Shown one piece after another: positions 58,481 through 64,000 of a stretch of DNA of 64,000 nucleotides. The notes beneath the pieces are model-generated. The model searched no databases. It was not told the origin of the DNA and saw only the letters and a program-made list of their open reading frames with translations. This DNA comes from Polyangiaceae bacterium (GTDB lineage: Bacteria; Myxococcota_A; Polyangia; Polyangiales; Polyangiaceae): the NCBI GenBank assembly GCA_036838085.1, contig DAITGX010000029.1:1-64000 (forward strand). Direction: 5' to 3'. Positions within the stretch are counted from its first letter, which is position 1. Every line of letters starts with the position of its first letter. The translations under genes were made by a program, and so were the position numbers.

Positions 58481-60147
58481 CCGACTTGTGCTCGAATCGC
58501 GGCTCTCAACAATGCTTCTTGCCGTGCCTGAGCGCTTCCCAGAGCGACCGCGCGCGTAAACGAAGACGAAAGCAAAAGGCGAAGGGCCTGCGAGCGCCCC
58601 TGCGATGGCGTCCACCCCAGTTCATCCGCCACGATGGCACCCGCACGAAGGACGCAATGCAGCCCCGCGCATGGTCCAAGCCCCAAACGAGTACGTCGAG
58701 ACAAATCCTCGAAGCATCGAACGAATTCATGTCGAACGACGAATCGGATTTCTTCTTCCGTGATGGCTTCGCAAGAGCAGATGAAGCGAGGCGTACGTTT
58801 TGACTCGACGATTTGTTCTGCAATGAGACGCGCGCGACTTCCATGCCGGTAGATGAGTCGTCGCGCTGCCACCGGGTCGATTCCGCAGATCTTGGCGAGT
58901 TCCCCGGCATCGAGGGATTCATCGCCGCCTGGCAAAGGCAGAAGATGTGTTTGGGAGGGCTGATGACAATCGAGGCGAGCGGCTACGATGTCGGTCATCT
59001 GTTGTGCGAAGATCCGGTAGCTTGCAAGCTTTCCACCGATCATCGAGTAGATGCCGTCTTTGCCATGGCTGGCGTGATCGATGATCTCGTGTTCACGGGA
59101 CAATTTGTCAGGAATGGGTCCATAAGCGTACAAGGTGGGTCGCACACCCGCGAAGGTGTGAATGGCTCGTGCGTTTTGGATGGACGGGAATACGCGGCGA
59201 ATCGCCTCGATGAGATAGCGGACCTCATCACTGGTGGCGGTCACCTGATCGAGATCGCCGTAGTAGTCGGTGTCGGTAGTGCCCAAAATGCTGACATTTT
59301 GCCAAGGTTCGAGAAAGATCTGCCGATTGTCGATGGCCTGAGCCACCACGGCGTAGTTGGAAAGGCGTCGGTCGAAAACGACATGGATGCCTTTTCCTGG
59401 ACGAACGGCCGCGACGGAGGGCGGCATATCCGCGAGGGATGCGGTCAGGGGGGCCCAAGCGCCGGAAGCGTTGACGACGACGCGCGTCGATACGGAGCCT
59501 GATTGATTGGTGATTCGATCCCGCCAGCGAACGGCCATGCGGGCTGGGGAAGAGGAAAGCAGTTCAAGCCCTTCGACCGTGGTATGCGTGCGAACGTGGG
59601 CTCCGCGTTGGTGAGCATCGACGGCATTGGCGGTGCATAGTCGTGCGCCGTCGATTCCCCATTCATCGAAGGTGACGGCACCAACGATGTCGCCGGACAG
59701 GCCTGGCTCGAGAATTCTGGCTTGCTCTGGTGTGAGGCGCGTATGGGGGCGTCCTCGTTTGAGCGGTTGAAAGCTGTCATAGGCGCCGAAGAAGGCATCC
59801 ACGAGTTGGAGAAAAATCCGAGAGCCGATGCTGCGATGGATCGGCATGATAAACGGGATACGAAAGAGCAAGTGGGGGGCGATTCGTTGAATATAGCCGG
59901 AATCTAGGCATGACAATCGGGTGACCTTCGGACTGGAAGTGAGGTAGCGAACCCCACCGTGGATCATGCCACTGGAGTTGCCGCTAGCGCCGAAGGCCAG
60001 GTCATTTCGCTCGAACAAACACGCGGACAACCCTCGGATCGCGCAATCTCTGAGCACTCCCGTGCCATTGACACCACCTCCAATCACAACGACATCGTAG
60101 TCCGTGTTCGGGTGAGCCAAAGAAAGTGGCGATGGCGCCTCGGTCAT
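58462..60147 (-). CDS. glpA: Anaerobic glycerol-3-phosphate dehydrogenase subunit A (FAD-dependent, C-terminal BFD-like [2Fe-2S])
   Basis: DYDVVVIGGGVNGTGVLRDCAIRGL…GASGNSSGMIHGGVRY (FAD). C-terminus …CSCEAITEEEIRFVV…DLSRRTRLGLGPCAGLHC matches the GlpA BFD-like cluster (CECEAVTAGEV…DLRRRTRVGMGTCQGELC). Confidence 0.85.
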   Translation of the reverse strand: MTEAPSPLSLAHPNTDYDVVVIGGGVNGTGVLRDCAIRGLSACLFERNDLAFGASGNSSGMIHGGVRYLTSSPKVTRLSCLDSGYIQRIAPHLLFRIPFIMPIHRSIGSRIFLQLVDAFFGAYDSFQPLKRGRPHTRLTPEQARILEPGLSGDIVGAVTFDEWGIDGARLCTANAVDAHQRGAHVRTHTTVEGLELLSSSPARMAVRWRDRITNQSGSVSTRVVVNASGAWAPLTASLADMPPSVAAVRPGKGIHVVFDRRLSNYAVVAQAIDNRQIFLEPWQNVSILGTTDTDYYGDLDQVTATSDEVRYLIEAIRRVFPSIQNARAIHTFAGVRPTLYAYGPIPDKLSREHEIIDHASHGKDGIYSMIGGKLASYRIFAQQMTDIVAARLDCHQPSQTHLLPLPGGDESLDAGELAKICGIDPVAARRLIYRHGSRARLIAEQIVESKRTPRFICSCEAITEEEIRFVVRHEFVRCFEDLSRRTRLGLGPCAGLHCVLRAGAIVADELGWTPSQGRSQALRLLLSSSFTRAVALGSAQARQEALLRAAIRAQVGWGQEP

Positions 60148-60343
60148 GTCGAAAGGTTACCCTTTCCTTCGTCGGTTTTCCGCAATGATGCGACCTTCGC
60201 GCAGAAGGTTCAGCTTTCCACGCTAGCGTCTGCCCAGTCGAGAAGATCAATCAATAATCAAGAAACAACATAGATTTACAGCATTTCGACTCTTGCTAGG
60301 CGATAAGCTCGTCGAACGACGAAGCACTCGTCCCACCGGTTCA

Positions 60344-61411
60344 TCAAGGTCTGTCGAACCGGTCCAGCACCTCGTCAAGCTTCTCGAAAAGCATTCGATT
60401 GCCGTCTTGGTGGTGGTTGCCAAGAGCATCGAAGTACCGGTCTTCTTGCTGGAGAAACCAAGATAAAACGTCGAACTCGATCTTCGAGGCTCCCAGGCCA
60501 TAGCCTAATTTTTCGAGGTAGCGCGCGTTCATTTCCTGTTCGAATTGGTGGCGGATGGGCACGCTGAAGACGGGTTTTCGCAAGTAGATGGCTTCGTGAA
60601 TCAGCGACAAGCCGCCATTGGATACGACCGCGCGAGCCGATGACAGGTCACGGATGAACTGATCTTCGCTGAAGTCTTTGATGATGCAATTGCCTTGCAC
60701 CTCGTTTCGTCGCAGGCCGTAGATGATGAATTGGTGGTCGGAAAGGCGACGGAGGGTTGGGATGAGCGACGTATCCGAGACGGAGGTTTGGTAAACGAGG
60801 ATGTGTTTTGCGCGTGATGATGAAGCGTTGAGGATTTCCGGGCGAAGGATAGGCGGAACCAGGGTGGTATTTTTCGCGTGCTTCCCTCGGATCTTGGGGA
60901 AAAAGAAGGATGTAATGAAGTAGTGATCACAGCCTGGCAGCTTTGCTTTGACGAAAGCTTTGGTGGAGAAAAAATCGAAGTCGACGCCTTTTCGAATGTC
61001 TTCCTCGTGCTCGCAGCGGTGGATGATTTGTTGATTGTCGATGGATATGACGGGCGTGGCATGAGCTTTGGCGTAAAGGTAAGCAAAGGAGTCGAAGTCG
61101 CTGATGACGAGTTGCGGTGCGAAGTCCACGACTCGTTCGAAGTACGCCGCGGCGTTGCCAACGACAATGGCTGGCGAGCGCATCATGTTATCGAGCACGG
61201 ACCGGTCACGGTCCATGGCTCCATCGTCGTAAGTAATGGAAAGTCCTTGTATTTCTACGACATCGTCGAAGTGTTTTTTCAAGAAGTGGTAAGCGCGCCC
61301 GGACACGACGATGCGAACGCGATGATTGTTTTCCAGAAGGTGGGCGATGACCACTTTGGATCGCGTGGCATGCCCCATGCCTTCGCCAACGACACCGTAT
61401 AAAACACGCAT
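60344..61411 (-). CDS. GT-B glycosyltransferase (MGT/GT28-like, MJ1255-type)
   Basis: N-terminal MRVLYGVVGEGMGHATRSKVV…RVRIVVSGRAY typical of GT1/GT28 UDP-sugar transferases of the MJ1255 type. C-half donor-binding …VVSNGGLSLIHEAIYLRKPV. Confidence 0.7.
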   Translation of the reverse strand: MRVLYGVVGEGMGHATRSKVVIAHLLENNHRVRIVVSGRAYHFLKKHFDDVVEIQGLSITYDDGAMDRDRSVLDNMMRSPAIVVGNAAAYFERVVDFAPQLVISDFDSFAYLYAKAHATPVISIDNQQIIHRCEHEEDIRKGVDFDFFSTKAFVKAKLPGCDHYFITSFFFPKIRGKHAKNTTLVPPILRPEILNASSSRAKHILVYQTSVSDTSLIPTLRRLSDHQFIIYGLRRNEVQGNCIIKDFSEDQFIRDLSSARAVVSNGGLSLIHEAIYLRKPVFSVPIRHQFEQEMNARYLEKLGYGLGASKIEFDVLSWFLQQEDRYFDALGNHHQDGNRMLFEKLDEVLDRFDRP

Positions 61412-61437
61412 GGCTTTTCCGGATTCGATGTGAAACG

Positions 61438-62991
61438 TCAGAACGAGTGAGAAGCTCCAAACGATAGCGCATTGATGACGGAACGATTGGAACCGCCATT
61501 GACTGGATAGTCTGTGCGATACGTGGGGGCAGCGCCAGCCAGGCCTTGGGTTTTGCCGTCCCCTTGGTTGTCGAGGCCTTGATAAAAGACGTGCGCATAA
61601 GCCACCATCAGGTCGAGGGCTCCAAACCGGACGGTTCCCCCCACATGCAGACCGAACTTGCGAGAGGGGACGTAATCGACGTTCAGGTATTTGGGGTCTT
61701 GCGCTTCGGAATCGAAGAAGGCGCCGGCACGTGCGGCCAGTCTATTGGGCAACATGACGTAGTCGCCGCCGAGACGAAAACCGAAGGAGTCTTTCCAATG
61801 GTGTGGGACGCGCGCATCGGTCGGCATGGCGAAGGCGACACTGGAATTCGGATTGGGATCCGCGGGGTTATGCACTTCGAGAAAGACGCCGTCGGGCATG
61901 GTGGCGTCGAGATATTTGAAGTGCGAGTTGTTGGCCCACGTCATATCGAGTTCGATATCCCAAACGTCGTTGGCGATGGGATCCCGCATTTTCGAATGGA
62001 TTCCGTCTCTAGGTTGGTGCCATCGAAAACCAACTCGGGCCTGCATCGGCCATGGCGCAACGACCTGCACGCTGTCTTTGGGAGCACGCACGGAGTTTCG
62101 TGAGCTTGGGCGTTGATGGGGCGGGTCTCCGTAGACACTTCCTTCGACAGCCATATCTCCTTTGGCGCGGATATCGTCCATCCAGTGGTACCAAGCAGCC
62201 ACGTCAATGTTTGGCGAGGGCGACCATAACGTGCCGACGGTGAATCCCGGAACGAACAGGTCTTTGACATCGATATCGGCTTGGAAATCGAGGTATTGTT
62301 CCGCGAGGTATGGGTAGTTTTGAATGGTTTCGCCGGCGGATCGTCCGGCAGCGAGGATGGAGAACTTCAGCCGAGCGATGCCCCAGATCAACGAAGCACC
62401 GAAGCGCAAATCATCGATGGGTTCCCAACCGATACCGATTTGGGGCCATATGAACAATAGTTCGTCGCTTTGCAGCAGATAGCGTTGGGGGCTCGGGACT
62501 TCTCGTTCGACTCCACCGACTCGAGAGCCCGTGACATGGGATGGGAACGTGAATTGGCCGCGGGTCGAGGGGCCGAGGACGGCGAGGCCCAAGCCAAGAC
62601 GGTCGGACAATCGTAGGACTCCCGCGAGTTGCGGGTTAGGGAAAGGGGTACCGCTATCGTCGTTGCAGACTTCGTTGGGGTATTGATAGGCGCCACCATT
62701 TCCCAGACGAACGGGGTTGCCGTCGGGGTAGGTGCGTTTCAGACAATTTTTTTGCCAGATCAAGGAAGAATTGAGCAGCAGGCTGGAAGGCTGGCCGGCG
62801 AGGCCGGCGGGATTGAAAAACGTGGCGAGAGAGTTGGAAGCGCGCGCGGTCCACGCGCCGGCACGGCCAAGCTGTTCGGTTCCGTTTTCGGGGAATTCGT
62901 AGCCCGTCGAAGCATCCGTACGACTCGAAACAAGCGCGAGAGATAACGCAGCAGCGATGCAAACCACCGAAGGACATCGAGTCACCTGCAT
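61438..62991 (-). CDS. FadL/TodX/OmpP1-family outer-membrane hydrophobic-compound transporter
   Basis: Signal peptide. N-terminal …ASTGYEFPENGTEQLGRAGAWTARASNSLATFFNPAGLA (FadL hatch motif …A.F.NPA.L). C-terminal …LSFGASHSF with terminal Phe. Confidence 0.7.
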   Translation of the reverse strand: MQVTRCPSVVCIAAALSLALVSSRTDASTGYEFPENGTEQLGRAGAWTARASNSLATFFNPAGLAGQPSSLLLNSSLIWQKNCLKRTYPDGNPVRLGNGGAYQYPNEVCNDDSGTPFPNPQLAGVLRLSDRLGLGLAVLGPSTRGQFTFPSHVTGSRVGGVEREVPSPQRYLLQSDELLFIWPQIGIGWEPIDDLRFGASLIWGIARLKFSILAAGRSAGETIQNYPYLAEQYLDFQADIDVKDLFVPGFTVGTLWSPSPNIDVAAWYHWMDDIRAKGDMAVEGSVYGDPPHQRPSSRNSVRAPKDSVQVVAPWPMQARVGFRWHQPRDGIHSKMRDPIANDVWDIELDMTWANNSHFKYLDATMPDGVFLEVHNPADPNPNSSVAFAMPTDARVPHHWKDSFGFRLGGDYVMLPNRLAARAGAFFDSEAQDPKYLNVDYVPSRKFGLHVGGTVRFGALDLMVAYAHVFYQGLDNQGDGKTQGLAGAAPTYRTDYPVNGGSNRSVINALSFGASHSF

Positions 62992-63021
62992 GGGGACACT
63001 CCTTTGGGGAGCCAGGGTTGC

Positions 63022-63981
63022 TTATCGAACGGGGCTAGCTTTGAGGGCAGCCCTCCCATCCTTGACGTAGACCGTGAATTTGACGCGTTTACACTTGGTT
63101 TTGGCAATGAGTTGCTCTCGATTTTTTCGGAGCGTGACCTGAAACTTTTCGAAGGTCAGCCCGGAGGTGGGCTCTCCACATTGTTTTTTGGTTCGGAGGA
63201 ATTCCTCGAAGGTGTTGTGCCATTCGGCGATCTCACCGGCTTCTTCCACCGCGGCATGGGCACCGGTCGCGGAGGCTTCGAGGATTTCGGGAGGGACCGC
63301 GGAAACGACGGTAGCATCGTCATCATCCTCGGAGGGGGCTAGGTTGGGAGTCATCGCGTCGGCCGGTTTTGGCGCAGGCATTTTCGGTGAGTCTGGCTTT
63401 GGAGCCGGCATTTGGGGCTTGCTGTCCGGTGATGGTTTGGGAGCAGGCATTTGCACGGGCATTTTTGGGGCCGATTCACGGAGCGGAGGCACACGAAGAG
63501 GCCCAGATGTGGACGGGGAAGCGCCATCGACCGGGAATGAAAACGCACTCATTTCGGGCTGAGCTGGGATGGGTCCAAGCACCGATTCGAGGTCGGCGGC
63601 TTTTCGTGGGACACCGCCTTTGGCCGCCACCTTGTCTGTCCCATCATTCAGGTCGCTTGCGATTTTTCGGTACAATCCTCTGAATTTGCTGACTTGAAGC
63701 ATGTCGATCTCGCCCTTGGCCAGGCGTTCGGCTTCAGCCTTGAGAATTCGAAGAGGCCGAGTGTGTTCGAAAAGAGAGAAAACGAGACCGAGTCCAGCCC
63801 CCAGCACGACAATCAAAGCGATGATCCACCAAGGCTGGCTCTTTTTCTCTTTTGCGTCGGCAAGTTGAAGCAGATCGAAAGGATTTTTGACGACACTCGC
63901 CGAGCGGCCCACCACATAACCGGCCCCCAGGTCCCACGCTTCTCCTGGGATCTTGGAATAAATCACCCCGATATCGTCCAT
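63022..63981 (-). CDS. Hypothetical membrane protein with Pro-rich tandem repeat (start possibly beyond window end)
   Basis: One TM (WWIIALIVVLGAGLGLVF). Repeats MPAPKPSPDSKPQ-MPAPKPDSPK-MPAPKPADA. Conserved-looking C-terminal domain …FEEFLRTKKQCGEPTSGLTFEKFQVTLRKNREQLIAKTKCKRVKFTVYVKDG. The ORF is open to within 19 nt of the window end. Confidence 0.5.
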   Translation of the reverse strand: MDDIGVIYSKIPGEAWDLGAGYVVGRSASVVKNPFDLLQLADAKEKKSQPWWIIALIVVLGAGLGLVFSLFEHTRPLRILKAEAERLAKGEIDMLQVSKFRGLYRKIASDLNDGTDKVAAKGGVPRKAADLESVLGPIPAQPEMSAFSFPVDGASPSTSGPLRVPPLRESAPKMPVQMPAPKPSPDSKPQMPAPKPDSPKMPAPKPADAMTPNLAPSEDDDDATVVSAVPPEILEASATGAHAAVEEAGEIAEWHNTFEEFLRTKKQCGEPTSGLTFEKFQVTLRKNREQLIAKTKCKRVKFTVYVKDGRAALKASPVR

Positions 63982-64000
63982 GAGGATTTTGGGTTTGCTC

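Noticed and set aside
1-64000. CRISPR arrays, IS elements, integrases and prophage genes
   Set aside because: Searched by eye for regularly spaced direct repeats, transposase (DDE) or tyrosine-recombinase motifs. None found.

Overview
This 64 kb window is a dense, high-GC chromosomal stretch of roughly 60–65% GC, judged by eye. Its character is Myxococcota-like: MYXO-CTERM-like C-terminal tails, a Hanks-type Ser/Thr kinase, an FGE-domain lipoprotein, an ECF sigma/anti-sigma pair, and many secreted lipoproteins. I call about 52 protein-coding genes and two tRNAs, tRNA-Pro(CGG) on the minus strand and tRNA-Arg(TCT) on the plus strand. I found no CRISPR array, IS element or integrase. Recognisable blocks run in this order. 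First, envelope and secreted proteins (0–6.5 kb). Second, a cyclic-nucleotide signalling module of a PP2C–cNMP-binding protein, a cNMP-binding–DUF1003 membrane protein and a stand-alone CCA-type HD protein (6.7–10 kb). Third, FxsA and a PlsC–esterase fusion. Fourth, a two-component pair whose response regulator carries a GcvH-like output domain (15.5–18.2 kb). Fifth, an amino-sugar/polysaccharide cluster ending at tRNA-Pro (18.4–26 kb). Sixth, a bacterial homologue of the eukaryotic major vault protein next to that tRNA (26.6–29 kb). Seventh, SerA, CtpA, a Tat-exported TldD/PmbA pair and an S1 protease. Eighth, a TetR–activase–glycyl-radical-enzyme operon in which the enzyme has an N-terminal SCP2-like extension (42.4–47.2 kb). 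Ninth, PolA, then an STK–DUF1844–HtrA–ECF sigma–anti-sigma operon, and finally glpAB (no glpC), a glycosyltransferase and a FadL-family outer membrane protein. The two findings I rate highest are the bacterial vault-protein homologue and the SCP2-fused glycyl radical enzyme system. Together with glpAB, the radical-enzyme system points to a facultatively anaerobic lifestyle. All functional calls rest on motifs read directly from the supplied translations; no database searches were run.
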